Positions 10,171-25,256 of a stretch of DNA of 64,000 nucleotides are shown piece after piece. The translations under genes and the position numbers were made by a program. The first letter of the stretch is position 1; the number at the start of each line of letters is the position of its first letter. Below the pieces are notes generated by a model that saw nothing but the letters and a program-made list of their open reading frames with translations, was not told where the DNA came from and ran no database searches. This DNA comes from Deinococcota bacterium (lineage in GTDB: Bacteria; Deinococcota; Deinococci; Deinococcales; Thermaceae), in NCBI GenBank assembly GCA_041695225.1, contig JBGFRI010000046.1, forward strand, positions 65,977-129,976, in the 5' to 3' direction.

Positions 10171-10530
10171 ATGTCACCGATAAGTGAGTACCAGGCCCTG
10201 CTGGTTTATCTGGCGGTTGCCGTTGGCATTGCTGTGCTGGCAACGGCGGTGGGGGCCTTGCTCGGCCCTAAAAAGGGCGGGCGCTTCAAGCTAATGCCCT
10301 ACGAGTCAGGCAACGACCCCGCTGGGGAGGTCAAGCGCTTCCCGGTACACTTCTATGCCATAGCCATGCTCTTCATCATCTTTGACGTAGAGGTGGCCTT
10401 TTTCTGGCCCTATGCGGTGAGCGCTGGGGCGGTAGGAGTGGCGGGCTTCTGGGGCCTGGTGGTCTTTACAGTGCTTTTGTTTGTAGGTTTTCTGTATGAG
10501 TGGTACAAGGGTGTGATGAAGTGGCACTGA
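10171..10530 (+). CDS. nuoA: NADH-quinone oxidoreductase subunit A
   Basis: PYESGNDP, FIIFDVEVAF; first gene of the operon. Confidence 0.96.
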   Translation: MSPISEYQALLVYLAVAVGIAVLATAVGALLGPKKGGRFKLMPYESGNDPAGEVKRFPVHFYAIAMLFIIFDVEVAFFWPYAVSAGAVGVAGFWGLVVFTVLLFVGFLYEWYKGVMKWH

Positions 10531-10532
10531 GG

Positions 10533-10600
10533 AGCCGAAAGCCCAAAGCTGAACGCTCGAAGCAGTCTTACACTTGGCTTTCGAATATAAGCCTTCGGCA
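10533..10600. repeat. Degenerate heptamer element at the nuoA/nuoB junction
   Basis: AGCCGAA AGCCCAA AGCTGAA ... GGCTTTCG/GCCTTCGG. Confidence 0.55.
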
Positions 10601-10613
10601 GGGAGGTTACTGA

Positions 10614-11153
10614 ATGGCGACCATTGCAGACTTATTTACCAAAGATGTGCAGGAGCTAGAAAACCACGGGGTTTTGTTTAGCACCCTCGAGAAACTTGTG
10701 GCCTGGGGGCGCTCTAACAGCCTGTGGCCGGCTACTTTTGGGCTGGCCTGCTGTGCCATTGAGATGATGGCCTCGACCAACGCCCGCAACGACCTTTCGC
10801 GCTTTGGTTCTGAGGTCTTTCGGGCCTCGCCGCGCCAGGCCGATGTGATGATTGTGGCCGGGCGGCTTTCGAAAAAGATGGCCCCGGTAATGCGCCGGGT
10901 CTACGATCAGATGCCCGACCCCAAATGGGTGATCTCGATGGGCGCCTGCGCTTCGTCGGGGGGGATGTTTAACAACTATGCCATCGTGCAGAATGTGGAC
11001 AGTGTAGTGCCTGTAGACATCTTTGTACCGGGCTGCCCGCCCCGGCCCGAAGCCCTGATCTATGCGGTCATGCAGCTTCAAAAGAAAATTATGGGAGCTG
11101 CCCGAGACGACCATGGCCGCAAACTACCCAAAATTGAGGCCTGGAAAAGATAA
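10614..11153 (+). CDS. nuoB: NADH-quinone oxidoreductase subunit B
   Basis: [29 protein letters not shown]. Confidence 0.98.
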   Translation: MATIADLFTKDVQELENHGVLFSTLEKLVAWGRSNSLWPATFGLACCAIEMMASTNARNDLSRFGSEVFRASPRQADVMIVAGRLSKKMAPVMRRVYDQMPDPKWVISMGACASSGGMFNNYAIVQNVDSVVPVDIFVPGCPPRPEALIYAVMQLQKKIMGAARDDHGRKLPKIEAWKR

Positions 11154-11164
11154 GCGAGGTGGCA

Positions 11165-11788
11165 ATGCACAGATTGGCAAGCCTGAAAGACGAAGCCGGT
11201 AGAAAAGGCTGGGAGGTGGAAGAAGCCCACGGTAGTACCTGGGTGGTGGTACCTAGAACAGACTTTAAGCCCCTCATGGCTGGGCTAAAGAGCCAGGGCT
11301 GGAACTACCTGGCCGATCTGGTGGGAATTGACTACCTCACCTACCCCAGCCCCAGGCTCGAGCGCTTTTGTGTAGTGTACGAGCTGGTCTCGCTGCCGGG
11401 TTATCAGGGTGGGGATGGCAGCAGGGTCTTTATCCGGGTTTTTGTGCCAGAGTCTGCCCCTAGCCTTCCCAGCCTGACCGACCTGTGGATGGGCGCCGAC
11501 TACCTCGAGCGCGAGGTTTACGACCTGATGGGAGTTCGTTTTGAAGGCCACCCCGACCTGCGCAAGATCCTGACCCCCGAAGACCTCGAGGGCTACCCAC
11601 TACGAAAAGACTTTCCGCTGGGTGAAACCCCCACCCTTTTTAAAGAGGGGCGCTTCATTGACCCCGATGCCTTTCGGGCCGGTCTTACAGGCTACCAGAG
11701 CGGCATGACCGGCTGGCGCGGCGGCTCGCGTAAGGGCTACCAGGATTCTGTCGAAAAAGTCCAGAAGGCTATCAAAGGAGGGCAGTAG
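11165..11788 (+). CDS. nuoC: NADH-quinone oxidoreductase subunit C
   Basis: [29 protein letters not shown]. Confidence 0.96.
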   Translation: MHRLASLKDEAGRKGWEVEEAHGSTWVVVPRTDFKPLMAGLKSQGWNYLADLVGIDYLTYPSPRLERFCVVYELVSLPGYQGGDGSRVFIRVFVPESAPSLPSLTDLWMGADYLEREVYDLMGVRFEGHPDLRKILTPEDLEGYPLRKDFPLGETPTLFKEGRFIDPDAFRAGLTGYQSGMTGWRGGSRKGYQDSVEKVQKAIKGGQ

Positions 11789-13032
11789 TGGCCCGCGACC
11801 CGGTTCTTCACAGCCCTTCGAACGAAGCCTACGAGATTGCCGATGCGCCAGAGTTGAGATCGGAGGTCATGACCCTCAACGTGGGGCCGCAACACCCCTC
11901 CACTCACGGGGTATTGCGGGTGGTGGTGGACCTGTCGGGGGAGCAGATCCTGCGCCTGACCCCACATGTCGGGTATCTTCACACGGGCTTCGAGAAAAAC
12001 ATGGAGTACCGCACCTATACCCAGTGCATCACCTATACCCCCCGCATGGACTACCTGCACAGCTTCGCCCACGACCTGGCCTATGCCCTCTGCGTGGAAA
12101 AGCTAGTTGGGGCCCAGGTGCCACCCAGGGCAGAGGCCGTCCGAATTCTGCTCAACGAACTCTCGCGCATCTCGTCTCACCTGGTCTTTTTGGGAACCGG
12201 GATGCTGGACTTTGGCGCGCTGACGCCGTATTTCTATACTTTTCGCGAGCGCGAGACGGTGCTCGACCTGTTTGAGTGGGTTTCGGGTCAGCGTTTTCAC
12301 CACAACTACATCCGCATTGGTGGTCTGAAGGAAGACCTGCCTGCCGAGTTCCTAAGCGAGGTAAAGAAGTTTGCCGTGCAGATGCCTGGGCGTATAGACG
12401 AGTACGAGGCCTTGTTCAAAGAAAGCCCCATCTTCTACGAGCGGGCTCGAGGGGTCTCGGTGATCCCGGCCGAGGTTGCCATCAACCTGTCGCTCACCGG
12501 CGGCAGTCTGCGGGCATCTGGGGTGAGCTACGATGTGCGCAAGGCCTACCCCTATGCCGGTTATGAGAGCTATAGCTTTGAGGTGCCGGTGCTATATGGG
12601 GGCGATGTCTACGACCGCATGGTAATTCGCCTCTTGGAGATGCGCGAGTCGCTCAAGATTATCAAACAGGCTATCGAGAGGCTCGAGGCCATTGGGCCTG
12701 GCCCCATCCGCGACCCCAACCCGCAAATTTCGCTGCCGCCCCGCGAGCTACTGGAAACCTCGATGGAGGCCGTGATCTACCATTTCAAGCTGGTTACCGA
12801 GGGCTTCCACCCGGCTTTGGGCGAGGTTTACCTGCCCACCGAGAGCGCTAGGGGTGAGCTGGGTTATTACATTGTCTCAGACGGCGGCTCGATGCCCTAC
12901 CGGGTCAAGGTGCGGGCCCCCAGCTTTGTTAACCTGCAAAGCCTGCCCTACGCCTGCAAAGGCGTCCAGATGGCGGATATGGTGGCGGTTATCGCCTCGC
13001 TCGACCCGGTGATGGGGGATGTAGATCGCTAA
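11788..13032 (+). CDS. nuoD: NADH-quinone oxidoreductase subunit D
   Basis: [20 protein letters not shown]-terminal GDVDR. Confidence 0.98.
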   Translation: MARDPVLHSPSNEAYEIADAPELRSEVMTLNVGPQHPSTHGVLRVVVDLSGEQILRLTPHVGYLHTGFEKNMEYRTYTQCITYTPRMDYLHSFAHDLAYALCVEKLVGAQVPPRAEAVRILLNELSRISSHLVFLGTGMLDFGALTPYFYTFRERETVLDLFEWVSGQRFHHNYIRIGGLKEDLPAEFLSEVKKFAVQMPGRIDEYEALFKESPIFYERARGVSVIPAEVAINLSLTGGSLRASGVSYDVRKAYPYAGYESYSFEVPVLYGGDVYDRMVIRLLEMRESLKIIKQAIERLEAIGPGPIRDPNPQISLPPRELLETSMEAVIYHFKLVTEGFHPALGEVYLPTESARGELGYYIVSDGGSMPYRVKVRAPSFVNLQSLPYACKGVQMADMVAVIASLDPVMGDVDR

Positions 13033-13034
13033 TT

Positions 13035-13097
13035 GTCGCACGTCTGACGTCACATGACCAAGGATACTGACCTGAGACCTGTGACCTGAGACCTGTG
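13035..13097. repeat. Heptamer element at the nuoD/nuoE junction
   Basis: TGTCGCA CGTCTGA CGTCACA ... GACCTGA GACCTGT GACCTGA GACCTGT. Confidence 0.85.
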
Positions 13098-13106
13098 TGG
13101 AGGACT

Positions 13107-13670
13107 ATGGGATTCTTTGACGACAAGCAAGACTGGCTGGCAGAAGTCTATGCTCAGTACCCCGCTACTACCGAGGGGCGGCGAGCCGCCCTGATGCCCA
13201 TGCTGCGGCGGGTGCAGCAGGACGAGGGCTGGGTTAGCTCACAGCGCCAGGAAGAAATCGCGCAGATTCTGGGCATCACCCCTACTTCGGTAGCAGGGGT
13301 GATGAGTTTTTACAGCTACTATCAGGCCCTGCCAACCGGCAAGTATCACCTCCAGGTCTGCGCCACCCTTTCGTGTGCAATTGCCGGCGCAGAACAGCTG
13401 TGGGACCAGTTGGTAGAAGAGTTGCAGATTCTTCGGGGCGAGGTTAGCCGCGACGGCCTTTTCAGTATTCAGAAAGTCGAGTGCCTGGGTAGTTGCCACA
13501 CTGCCCCGGTGGTACAGGTCAACGACGAGCCCTATATGGAGTGCGTGACTAGGGCCAGGCTTTATGCCCTTCTGCACGGCCTGCGCCAAGGCAAGAGCCT
13601 TGAAGAAATTGAGCTCCCAGGCAAGGCCGGTCACGTCGTGCACACTCGAGGAGACGAGGTGGCACTGTGA
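13107..13670 (+). CDS. nuoE: NADH-quinone oxidoreductase subunit E
   Basis: [24 protein letters not shown] and ECLGSC 2Fe-2S motifs. Confidence 0.96.
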   Translation: MGFFDDKQDWLAEVYAQYPATTEGRRAALMPMLRRVQQDEGWVSSQRQEEIAQILGITPTSVAGVMSFYSYYQALPTGKYHLQVCATLSCAIAGAEQLWDQLVEELQILRGEVSRDGLFSIQKVECLGSCHTAPVVQVNDEPYMECVTRARLYALLHGLRQGKSLEEIELPGKAGHVVHTRGDEVAL

Positions 13671-14982
13671 GCACTGGGCCCATTGTGAGTGGAAAAGACC
13701 CGCGCTTTGAGGTGACCCTGTACAAGCATGTGGGCCAGCCTGGCTCCTGGGGCCTTGCCTACTATCTTGCCCACGGTGGATACCAGCCAGTTCGCAAGGC
13801 CATTGCACAGGGGCGGGACTGGGTGGTGGAGGAGATGAAAAAGTCTGGCCTGCGCGGGCGGGGCGGGGCCGGTTTCCCCACCGGCATGAAGTGGAGCTTC
13901 ATGCCCAAAAACAGCGGGAAACAGCACTATATTGTCTGTAACGCCGATGAGTCGGAGCCAGGCAGTTTCAAAGACCGTTATCTGATGGAAGACGACCCCC
14001 ACCAGCTAATTGAGGGAATGATCATAGCCGGGGTGGGGATCGGAGCCAGCAAAGGCTACATATACGTCCGGGGCGAGTATCGGCAGGCCTACGACCGCCT
14101 GGTTGTAGCTATAAAGGAGGCCTATGACCAGGGCTATCTGGGCCAGAATGTGCTGAATACTGGTTTTAGCTTCGACCTGTATGTGCACCGGGGGGCTGGG
14201 GCCTACATCTGCGGTGAGGAGACCGCGCTGATGAACTCCCTCGAGGGCCTGCGAGCCACCCCCCGCATGAAGCCGCCCTTCCCGGCCCAGGCGGGCCTTT
14301 GGGGGATGCCCACCACCATCAACAATGTTGAGTCCATCTGTTCGGCGGTGCATATCATCGCTCGCGGAGCAGACTGGTTTGCCAGCATGGGCACGGAAAA
14401 ATCCCGAGGGCACAAGCTCTTTCAGGTTAGCGGCCCCTTCCAGCGCCCTGGGGTATACGAGCTGCCGCTGGGCGCTACTTTCCGCGAGCTGCTCTACGAG
14501 TTTGCCGGAGGGCCCACCGAGCCGATCCAGGCTATCATCCCTGGGGGTTCTTCCTGCCCGCCGCTGCCCTGGACCCAGGAAATTCTGGATACCCCCATGG
14601 AGTACGAGTCGTTGAGCGCAAAGGGCTCGCTCTTGGGCACGGGTGGGGTGATTGGCATCCCGGCCAGTATGAGCATGGTGGATGTCATGTGGAACCTGAC
14701 CCGCTTCTATGGCCACGAGTCCTGCGGTAAGTGTACCCCTTGCCGCGAGGGGGTCTCGGGCTGGATGACGGCGTTATTCAAAAAGATGGGTACCGGGCAG
14801 GGGCAGAAGGGCGATGTGGAGCTGCTGGAAAACCTGCTGGGCCAGATTGAAGGCCGCAGCTTCTGCGCCCTGGCCGACGCGGCCTGCTGGCCGGTGCGGG
14901 GAAGCCTGAAGCACTTCCGTGACCAGTATGAAGATCTTGTCGCGAACGGCGAAGCCGTCCAACGCACCAGCCGCTGGGGGTA

Positions 14983-14983
<1 letters not shown>
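13667..14983 (+). CDS. nuoF: NADH-quinone oxidoreductase subunit F
   Basis: [40 protein letters not shown]. Confidence 0.98.
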
Positions 14984-17348
<2,365 letters not shown>

Positions 17349-17352
<4 letters not shown>

Positions 17353-18614
17353 AGGCCGAAAGCCTAAAGCCTAAGGTCGAAGGCCAACAACGGCTCTGGT
17401 TATCAGCCCCAAAGCGGGTCTTGGTTAGTGCAGTGTTTTTTACCAGTATCGCTACGGCCGCCGAGGCGGTTCCTGCTGATTCCAATGCCACCGACCCCTT
17501 GTGGATGGTGGGCATCAAGGCCTTTCTGGTGGTGTTGGGCCTTTTGACGGCCTTTGCCTATATGACCCTGATCGAGCGGCGCCTGCTGGCCCGCATCCAG
17601 GTTCGCCAGGGCCCTAACCGGGTAGGGCCAGGTGGCCTGTTTCAGCCCATTGCCGATGCGATAAAGTCCATTTTTAAAGAAGACATAGTGGTTTCCCGAG
17701 CCGACAGGGTGATCTTTATTCTTGCGCCCATGATCTCGGTCACCTTTGCCCTGCTCACCTTTGGCCTGATCCCTTTTGGACCCGAGGACGCTTTTTTTGG
17801 CTACGACCCCTGGGTTATTAACCTCGATGTTGGTATTCTGTACGTCTTTGCCATATCGGAGATGGCCATTTATGGCATCTTCCTGGCGGGCTGGGCCTCT
17901 AACTCCAAGTACTCGTTGCTTGGCTCACTCCGTTCTGCTGCTTCGCTGGTCTCCTACGAGCTGGCGCTGGGAATAAGCTTGGTTGCTCCAGTTGTGCTGG
18001 TGGGGTCTTTAAACTTGCAGGAAATTGTCAACTGGCAGCATGAAAATGGCTGGCTAATCCTGTATATGTTGCCCGCTTTCGCCATTTTTCTGCTGGCCAG
18101 TATGGCCGAGGCGGCCCGAACGCCTTTTGACCTTCCCGAGGCCGAACAGGAGCTGGTGGGGGGGTATAACACCGAGTACAGCTCGATCAAGTGGGCCTTG
18201 TTCCAGATGGCCGAGTATATTCACCTGATTACCGCTGCTGCCCTGATTCCCACTATCTTTTTAGGGGGCTGGCGGATGCCTGCTTTCATGGAACAGCTCC
18301 CCCTCATTGGCCCAGTCTTCGCGCTGCCTTTTGTCTGGATGTTTGCCAAGATTGCCCTGTTTTTGTTTTTCTTCATCTGGGTGCGCGGCACCCTCTTCCG
18401 CCTGCGCTACGACCAGCTGATGCTATTTTGCTGGGGGCGCTTGTTCCCGCTGGCGCTTTTGTGGTTTTTGGTGGCGGCTTTTGTGATGGCCTACCAGCTA
18501 CCCATTGCGGTGCTGGGCTGGCTATCGCTCGCAAGCCTGGCTGCCTTTACAGTTTATGTAATTCTGACGGCCAGACCCAAAACCATGCCCCGTACGAAAG
18601 GAGCTGATAGATGA
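17349..18614 (+). CDS. nuoH: NADH-quinone oxidoreductase subunit H with a repeat-containing N-terminal extension
   Basis: [38 protein letters not shown] overlaps the nuoG TGA. Confidence 0.95.
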
Positions 18615-19153
18615 GCATTGCTGCACTGGCGCAGAGCATGGGCATCACCCTTAGAGCTTTGTTCTCGAAGCCGGTTACTATTCCTTATCCCGATGCCCCG
18701 GTACCCCTCAAGCCCCGCTTTCACGGGCGGCACGTGCTAACCCGGCATCCCAATGGTCTGGAAAAGTGTATTGGCTGCTCACTCTGTGCGGCGGTCTGCC
18801 CGGCTTACGCCATTTATGTCGAGGCCGCCGAAAATGACCCTAGCAACCCCGTGAGTGCGGGGGAGCGGTTTGCCAAGGTATATGAGATCAACATGCTGCG
18901 CTGCATCTTTTGTGGGCTGTGCGAAGAGGCATGCCCGACCAGCGCAGTGGTGATGGGTTACGACTTCGAGATGGCCGACTACCGCTACAGCGACTTTGTA
19001 TATGGCAAAGAGGACATGCTGGTGGAGGTGGAAGGCACCAAGCCCCAGCGCCGCGAGGCAGCTTATACCGGTAAGCCAGTCAAGAAAGGCTATAGCGTGC
19101 CTTATGCCCGGCCCGAGCTCGAGGGTGTAAAACCACCCCGGCCGAAAAAGTGA
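18611..19153 (+). CDS. nuoI: NADH-quinone oxidoreductase subunit I
   Basis: [12 protein letters not shown] and [12 protein letters not shown]. Confidence 0.98.
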   Translation: MSIAALAQSMGITLRALFSKPVTIPYPDAPVPLKPRFHGRHVLTRHPNGLEKCIGCSLCAAVCPAYAIYVEAAENDPSNPVSAGERFAKVYEINMLRCIFCGLCEEACPTSAVVMGYDFEMADYRYSDFVYGKEDMLVEVEGTKPQRREAAYTGKPVKKGYSVPYARPELEGVKPPRPKK

Positions 19154-19260
19154 GACGAGGGCAGAGTGCTTAGGGTCAGGTTGTCAGGCCGGGTGAGACC
19201 CACACGCCGATGGCTTGCTTGGCCAGTTCGCCAGCACGTCTAACGCCCCTGGAGGAATCA

Positions 19261-19818
19261 ATGAGTGTTGGAATATGGGAAATCGTCGCACTAGTGCTAC
19301 TGGTTATTACGGCCATTGCGGTGGTGCGGCTGCAAAATGCCGTACATGCAGCGCTGGCACTGATTGCCAACTTTCTGGTGGTAGCCGGGGTGTATGTGGC
19401 CCTCGAGGCCCGCTTTGTAGCCATGATTCAGATTATCGTTTATGCCGGAGCAATTGTGGTGCTGTTTTTGTTTGTGATTATGCTGCTTTCCGCCGCCAGC
19501 GCCAGCATGGGCAAAGACCTTTTTCCCCGGCTGCCCTGGGTGGCTGGCCTGGGGGCGGTAGGTCTGGCGGGGGTGCTGCTTCTGGCCCTTAGCCATTTCC
19601 AGCCGCCGGCTAGCCCGCCCCCCTTGCAGGGTGGTCTGCCCCAGGTCCTGGGGCCACTCCTGTACGACCCCCAGCAGTGGCTTTATGCACTGCTGCTGGT
19701 GGGCTTTTTGCTACTCGTGGCCACGGTTGCGGCAGTAGTGCTGATCGAACCGGAGCGAATTGCCAGCCAGCCGGGCCCAGAGGCCCCAAAGGACGAACCG
19801 GGGGTGGCAGAGCGATGA
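19261..19818 (+). CDS. nuoJ: NADH-quinone oxidoreductase subunit J
   Basis: [27 protein letters not shown]. Confidence 0.95.
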   Translation: MSVGIWEIVALVLLVITAIAVVRLQNAVHAALALIANFLVVAGVYVALEARFVAMIQIIVYAGAIVVLFLFVIMLLSAASASMGKDLFPRLPWVAGLGAVGLAGVLLLALSHFQPPASPPPLQGGLPQVLGPLLYDPQQWLYALLLVGFLLLVATVAAVVLIEPERIASQPGPEAPKDEPGVAER

Positions 19819-20105
19819 TCTGGCTTTTTGCCTCGGCGCTATTGTTTGCTATCGGGACGTATGGTGCGCTCACCCGGCGCACCGCTATTCTGGTGTTTTT
19901 GTCGGTAGAGCTAATGCTGAACGCCGCAGCCCTGGCGCTGATTGGTTTTGCCCAGCTAATGGGCAGCCTCGATGCCCAGGTGGTGGTGCTCTTCATTATC
20001 GCTATTGCCGCTGCCGAGGTTGCGGTGGGCCTGGGCTTGATCGTGGCTATCTTCCGTCGGCGCGAGACCACCAGCGTAGACGAGCTACGGCAACTAAGGG
20101 GATAA
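19815..20105 (+). CDS. nuoK: NADH-quinone oxidoreductase subunit K
   Basis: ATG overlaps the nuoJ stop; [20 protein letters not shown]. Confidence 0.95.
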   Translation: MIWLFASALLFAIGTYGALTRRTAILVFLSVELMLNAAALALIGFAQLMGSLDAQVVVLFIIAIAAAEVAVGLGLIVAIFRRRETTSVDELRQLRG

Positions 20106-20108
20106 GCT

Positions 20109-21941
20109 ATGCAAGAGACCATTTTCCTACCCCTGATCATCGCGCTGCCCCTGCTGGGGTTTGTGGTGCTGGGGCTGTTTGGCAAACATTTCAAAGAGCC
20201 CGTAGCTGGCTGGCTGGCCTCGAGCCTGGTGCTGGGCAGCTTTCTGCTGGGTTTGTACCTGCTGTTTCAAGGCGGGGCTAGGTGGACCCTGCTGGACTGG
20301 CTGCCAGGGATTCCTTTCAGCTTCAACCTCGACAACCTTTCGGGGGTGATGCTGCTAGTAGTTACAGGGGTGGGCTTTCTAATTCATGTCTGGGCCATTG
20401 GCTACATGCACGGTGACCCTGGCTATAGCCGCTTTTTTAGCTACTTCAACCTGTTTATTGCCGCCATGCTGGTGCTCGTACTGGGCGACAGCCTGCCGGT
20501 GGTGTTTATTGGCTGGGAGGGGGTGGGCCTGGCCTCCTACCTGCTGATCGGCTTCTGGTATAACCAGCGGGTCAATGCCGACTCAGCCCGCAAGGCCTTT
20601 ATTGTCAACCGCATCGGCGACCTGGGCTTTTTGCTGGCCATGGGCCTCTTGTGGAAGATGTTTGGCACCCTCTCGATCTCCGAGCTGGTTCAGAAGGTCG
20701 AGGCTGGGGGTTACAACCCGGCTGCGCTTACGCTGGCAGGTTTGCTACTGCTAATTGGAGCCATGGGCAAAAGCGCCCAGGTACCCCTGATGGTCTGGCT
20801 GCCCGATGCCATGGCCGGTCCTACCCCGGTCTCGGCCCTGATCCACGCCGCTACCATGGTTACAGCCGGCGTGTACTTGCTGGTGCGGCACGCTTTTATG
20901 CTGCATGGCGACGCATGCCTTTCGGGCCTGATTGTGGTAATTGGCCTGATAACGGCGATATATGGTGCGCTGGCCTCCTTGGGCCAGTGGGATATCAAGC
21001 GTATCGTGGCATATACCACCTTATCGCAGCTAGGTTTTATGTTTGTAGCGGTCGGAGTAGGGGCCTACTGGGTGGCGATCTTCCATATTGTGACCCATGC
21101 CTTCTTCAAGGCGCTAATGTTTATGACCTCGGGCTCGGTCATTCATGCCCTGGGCGGTGAGCAGGACGTGCGCCAGATGGGCGGTATGCGGAAATACCTG
21201 CCTAGCACACACATACACGGCGTTGTTGCAACCCTTGCCTCCGGCGGTCTGATTCCACTGGCGGGCTTCTGGTCCAAGGATGCCATTCTGGCCTACTCCT
21301 TTGCCTACGGCCCGCTGCTGTGGGCCTTGATGATGATAGCCTCGGTGCTGGCTGCGTTGTACTCGGTACGCTGGTATGTGCTGGTCTTCTGGGGGGATTA
21401 CCGCGGCAAGGAGCACCCTCACGAAAGCCCGCCGGTTATGCTGTGGCCCAACCATATTCTGATGGTAGGCGCAGCGGGGGCGGGGTTCATGGGCCTGCCC
21501 TATGTGATTGACTACCAAAACTTCCTGAATCCGTTTCTGACCCCTGCTATTGGCGATTTTGCTCTGGAAAAACTGCCGGTGCTGACCGAGTGGATTCTGA
21601 TTATCGTCTCGGCGGTGGTAGCGGCGGTTACTCTGTGGTGGGGTTTTGGTTTTTACCAGCAGAAAGCGCCGCCTTGGCTGGAGCGCTTCCAGGTCTGGGC
21701 GCTGGAGGGCTTTTATGCCGATGCCCTTTTCAACACCATCCTGGTCAACCCTGCCAGGTCGCTGGCCGGAGTCCTGCTCGACGCCGATAGGGGAATTCTG
21801 GCCGGTTTTACCGGGCTTGGCAGCCTGGTAGGGGGGCTGGGCAGGTTGCTGGCCAGCCTGCAGACCGGGGCGCTGCGGCTCTACATGGTCGGGCTGATGA
21901 TAGCCCTGGTGCTGCTGCTGGGATGGGGGGTGTTGCGATGA
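20109..21941 (+). CDS. nuoL: NADH-quinone oxidoreductase subunit L
   Basis: [46 protein letters not shown]. Confidence 0.97.
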   Translation: MQETIFLPLIIALPLLGFVVLGLFGKHFKEPVAGWLASSLVLGSFLLGLYLLFQGGARWTLLDWLPGIPFSFNLDNLSGVMLLVVTGVGFLIHVWAIGYMHGDPGYSRFFSYFNLFIAAMLVLVLGDSLPVVFIGWEGVGLASYLLIGFWYNQRVNADSARKAFIVNRIGDLGFLLAMGLLWKMFGTLSISELVQKVEAGGYNPAALTLAGLLLLIGAMGKSAQVPLMVWLPDAMAGPTPVSALIHAATMVTAGVYLLVRHAFMLHGDACLSGLIVVIGLITAIYGALASLGQWDIKRIVAYTTLSQLGFMFVAVGVGAYWVAIFHIVTHAFFKALMFMTSGSVIHALGGEQDVRQMGGMRKYLPSTHIHGVVATLASGGLIPLAGFWSKDAILAYSFAYGPLLWALMMIASVLAALYSVRWYVLVFWGDYRGKEHPHESPPVMLWPNHILMVGAAGAGFMGLPYVIDYQNFLNPFLTPAIGDFALEKLPVLTEWILIIVSAVVAAVTLWWGFGFYQQKAPPWLERFQVWALEGFYADALFNTILVNPARSLAGVLLDADRGILAGFTGLGSLVGGLGRLLASLQTGALRLYMVGLMIALVLLLGWGVLR

Positions 21942-23380
21942 TTCATATGGGACTGTGGCTACCCCTGCTGGCAGGTCTGGTACTGCTGCTGTTTCCATCG
22001 CTGGGGCGCGGCTTTGCGGTTGCATCGGCCGCAGCCAGCCTGGTGATCTGGCTGGTGCTGTTTGTGGGCTACGACGGTGGGGTTGCTTATTACAGCCAGA
22101 CGCCTTTCCTGCCCGAACTCGGGGTCTACTACTCGGTGGGACTGGACGGCTCTGGTCTTTTATTGTGGTTTGCGGTAAGCCTGGTGGTTTTGCTGGGGGT
22201 CTGGATTGCCGATGTGCCGGTGCGCTTCCTGGCCCTTAGCCTGATTATGCAGACGGGCCTGCTGGGCATTTTTGCTGCACAAGACCTGGTCTTGTTTTAT
22301 GTCTTTTTCGAGGCCACCCTTATTCCGGCCCTGCTAATGCTGTGGTTTTTTGGTGGGCCAGACCGCTTGCGGGCCATCTATACCTTTGCCCTCTTTACCC
22401 TGGTCGGCTCGCTACCGATGCTGGCGGCAATATTCGCGGTGCGCTATCTGGGCGGCGCCGAGAGTTTTCTGTTTACCGACCTGGCCGCTAACCCGCTTAC
22501 CGGACCGGCCGCGACCCTGGCTTTTCTGGGCTTCCTGCTGGCCCTGGCGGTCAAGACCCCGCTCTTTCCGCTGCATGCCTGGCTGCCCGGCTTCCATCAG
22601 CAGAACCACCCTTCCGGCCTGGCCGACGCCATGGGCACTTTGTACAAGGTGGGCATTTTTGCCTTTTTCAAATGGGCCATCCCGCTGATGCCCGAAGGCT
22701 TCCAGCAGTGGCAGGGGCTGCTTCTGTTCCTGGCGGCTTTTGGGGCTCTGTACGCGGCCTGGGTGGCCTTCAGCGCGCCGGACTGGAAGACCCTGCTGGC
22801 TTATGCTGGGGTCTCGCACCTGGGAATGGGGGCGCTAGGGCTGTTTAGCGGCAATATGGAAGGCACCGTGGGGGCGCTTTATCTGCTGGGCGCTTCGATG
22901 ATTTATGGCTCTGCCATGTTCTTGTTTGTGGGTCTGGTTTATAAGCGCACCGGGAGCCTCGAGCTTATGCCGGTGCGGGGGCTGGCCCGGCACACCCCGG
23001 CGCTTTATGTGCTGGGGATGTTCTTGCTGATGGCCATGATTGGGCTGCCGGGTCTTTCGGGCTTTCCCGGCGAGCTGATGGTCTTGCTGGGTGCTTACCA
23101 GGTCTCGCCCTGGCTCACTTTTGTGACCTTTGTGTCGGTTGTTGCCGCTGCGGCCTATGCGCTTACTGCCTTCCAGAAGCTATTCCAGGAGACGCCCCCC
23201 AGACCGGCTTCGGACGCTGCCCAGGCGAGCGCGGTTCTCGACCTTAACTGGCGCGAATGGGGTTTTGCCGCCCTGACGGTGGGCGTACTCCTGCTGATGG
23301 GCCTGTACCCCAAACTTTTTACGGTATACCTGGAGCCGCTGGGTAGGGCTATTGCGGCGCTGTTTGGGGGTGGCGCATGA
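21938..23380 (+). CDS. nuoM: NADH-quinone oxidoreductase subunit M
   Basis: [35 protein letters not shown]. Confidence 0.96.
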   Translation: MIHMGLWLPLLAGLVLLLFPSLGRGFAVASAAASLVIWLVLFVGYDGGVAYYSQTPFLPELGVYYSVGLDGSGLLLWFAVSLVVLLGVWIADVPVRFLALSLIMQTGLLGIFAAQDLVLFYVFFEATLIPALLMLWFFGGPDRLRAIYTFALFTLVGSLPMLAAIFAVRYLGGAESFLFTDLAANPLTGPAATLAFLGFLLALAVKTPLFPLHAWLPGFHQQNHPSGLADAMGTLYKVGIFAFFKWAIPLMPEGFQQWQGLLLFLAAFGALYAAWVAFSAPDWKTLLAYAGVSHLGMGALGLFSGNMEGTVGALYLLGASMIYGSAMFLFVGLVYKRTGSLELMPVRGLARHTPALYVLGMFLLMAMIGLPGLSGFPGELMVLLGAYQVSPWLTFVTFVSVVAAAAYALTAFQKLFQETPPRPASDAAQASAVLDLNWREWGFAALTVGVLLLMGLYPKLFTVYLEPLGRAIAALFGGGA

Positions 23381-25143
23381 CTACGCTTTATATCCTGGTG
23401 GGTCTGGCGACCGTTCTGACCCTGCTGTCGTTTGTGGTCTCGAGGGAGGCTAGCCGCTACATTGCGGTAAGCGGTCTGTTGCTGGCGGGCCTGTATAGCC
23501 TGGTGGACTGGGGCCAGACGGTGATCGGCTTTGGCGGTCTTTATCAGTTCGACACTCTGGCCAGGGGCCTGACCATAGTGGCGATTCTGGGGGGTTTGTG
23601 GGCCTTGCTGCTCGGCCCCGCCAGGAAGTTTGAGTTTCCCCTGCTGGTGTTGTTTGCGGTAGCCGGTATACATATCATGGCCAGCACGCCCAATCTGGTG
23701 GTGATGGTAATTGCGCTGGAAATTCTTTCCCTGCCGCTTTACGTGCTGGCTACCTGGCAGCGCAACGAAAAGGGTTTTGAAGCGGGTTTGAAATACTTTT
23801 TGCTGGGGGCTTTGGCGGCGGCCATATTCCTGTACGGTATTGCCCTCTACTTTGGGGCTACCGGCAGCTTTGCGGTAGGAGCGGCGGGCTCGGGGCCGCT
23901 TTACACGGCTGCGCTGCTTTTGATTCTGACGGCCTTTGCTTTTAAGATTGCCATGGTACCTTTCCACTGGTGGGCGCCCGATGTATATCAGGGTAGCCCT
24001 ACCGTGGTCACCCTCTTCATGGCCACTGTGGTAAAGGTGGCTGCATTTGCCGCCATGCTGCGCATCTTTACCCCCGAGGGCCTCGAGGTCTGGGGTATGG
24101 CCCTGGCTGCCCTGATTGCACTGACCATCCTGTTTGGCAACCTGGGGGCGCTGGCCCAGAGCGAGGCCAAGCGCCTGTTTGCTTACTCGTCCATTGCCAA
24201 TGCAGGCTATATCGGACTGGGGCTGTTTGGGCCTACCGGCGGCATCACCATCCCTTTCTACCTGCTGTCCTATGGCCTGGCTACCGGCATCATCTTTGCG
24301 GTGCTGGCGATGCTCTCGAACCAGGATATCCCCCTCGAGCGTTTGCGGGGCCTCTGGTACCGCAGACCCCTTTTGGGTGGGGCCATGGCCATAAGCGTTC
24401 TCTCGGTGCTGGGGCTACCCCCGCTGGCCGGTTTCTGGGCCAAGTTTATGGTCTTCCAGGAGGCCGCCCTGGCGGGCTTTTGGGGCTTAGTGGTGCTGGC
24501 CCTCCTCACCTCGGCAATTGGGGCTTACTACTACCTGAAGGTCTTCTTCCTGGTTTTCAGCAGACCCACCCTGGTACAGGAGGCCGATGACCGCGAGGCC
24601 GAGGCCGCCCTGGCTGAGTTTGGCAGCTCGGAGGCGCCGGGCATTCCGGTCTCCTCGGCCCCTCTGGGCCTCACCCAGGGCCTGATGGCCCCAGCTGCCC
24701 ATACGGGCCTACCCACCCTTAGCATCTTGCTGGTGGCCCTGGGCTTGCTGGGGCTACTTTCCATTCTGCCGGCGCTGGGCTTGCGGTTTTTTAGCCCTGG
24801 TCCAACGACAGCTACGGTGGCAGCAACCATCACCGCCCCCACCGTAGGTTACTCGCATAGCGAGTATCGGTTCATCACTCCAAATCCTCGACCACTGCAT
24901 CACCCACTCCATGCGCTACGCGCACCCCCTGGTGGCGCCCTGACAGCCGGAAGCCATACCCTGCTGGACGGCAGTCCAGGCGACAGCCTCGAGCTGTTTG
25001 CCAACAGGAGCCCCCTTGGCCTGGTGGGCGACTGTTCAGAAAGGCGGGTCACTGTGGTGGTCACTCTCCCACTGCCTGCTCCATCTTGCGAGGCTGTCCG
25101 CCCCCGAGGCCAAGATCTAACGCCTATAGTCGATAGTCTATAG
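23377..25143 (+). CDS. nuoN: NADH-quinone oxidoreductase subunit N with long C-terminal extension
   Basis: EAGLKYFLLG, FKIAMVPFHWWAPDVYQG, GLPPLAGFWAK; 588 aa in total. Confidence 0.93.
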   Translation: MTTLYILVGLATVLTLLSFVVSREASRYIAVSGLLLAGLYSLVDWGQTVIGFGGLYQFDTLARGLTIVAILGGLWALLLGPARKFEFPLLVLFAVAGIHIMASTPNLVVMVIALEILSLPLYVLATWQRNEKGFEAGLKYFLLGALAAAIFLYGIALYFGATGSFAVGAAGSGPLYTAALLLILTAFAFKIAMVPFHWWAPDVYQGSPTVVTLFMATVVKVAAFAAMLRIFTPEGLEVWGMALAALIALTILFGNLGALAQSEAKRLFAYSSIANAGYIGLGLFGPTGGITIPFYLLSYGLATGIIFAVLAMLSNQDIPLERLRGLWYRRPLLGGAMAISVLSVLGLPPLAGFWAKFMVFQEAALAGFWGLVVLALLTSAIGAYYYLKVFFLVFSRPTLVQEADDREAEAALAEFGSSEAPGIPVSSAPLGLTQGLMAPAAHTGLPTLSILLVALGLLGLLSILPALGLRFFSPGPTTATVAATITAPTVGYSHSEYRFITPNPRPLHHPLHALRAPPGGALTAGSHTLLDGSPGDSLELFANRSPLGLVGDCSERRVTVVVTLPLPAPSCEAVRPRGQDLTPIVDSL

Positions 25144-25208
25144 ACTATCAACTATCAACTATCGACTATCAACTATCGACTATCAACTATCGACTATCAA
25201 CTATTGAC
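25122..25208. repeat. Heptamer tandem array after nuoN
   Basis: (CTATCAA/CTATCGA) about 9 units, preceded by an inverted TAGTCGA TAGTCTA arm. Confidence 0.92.
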
Positions 25209-25256
25209 GTATCAGGGCCTCATTGGCCTTGTGGTCTTGGAAGTAGACTGGAGGGT

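Noticed and set aside
25122..25208. Heptamer arrays as CRISPR arrays
   Set aside because: Units are 7 bp and contiguous with no unique spacers; no cas genes in the window.
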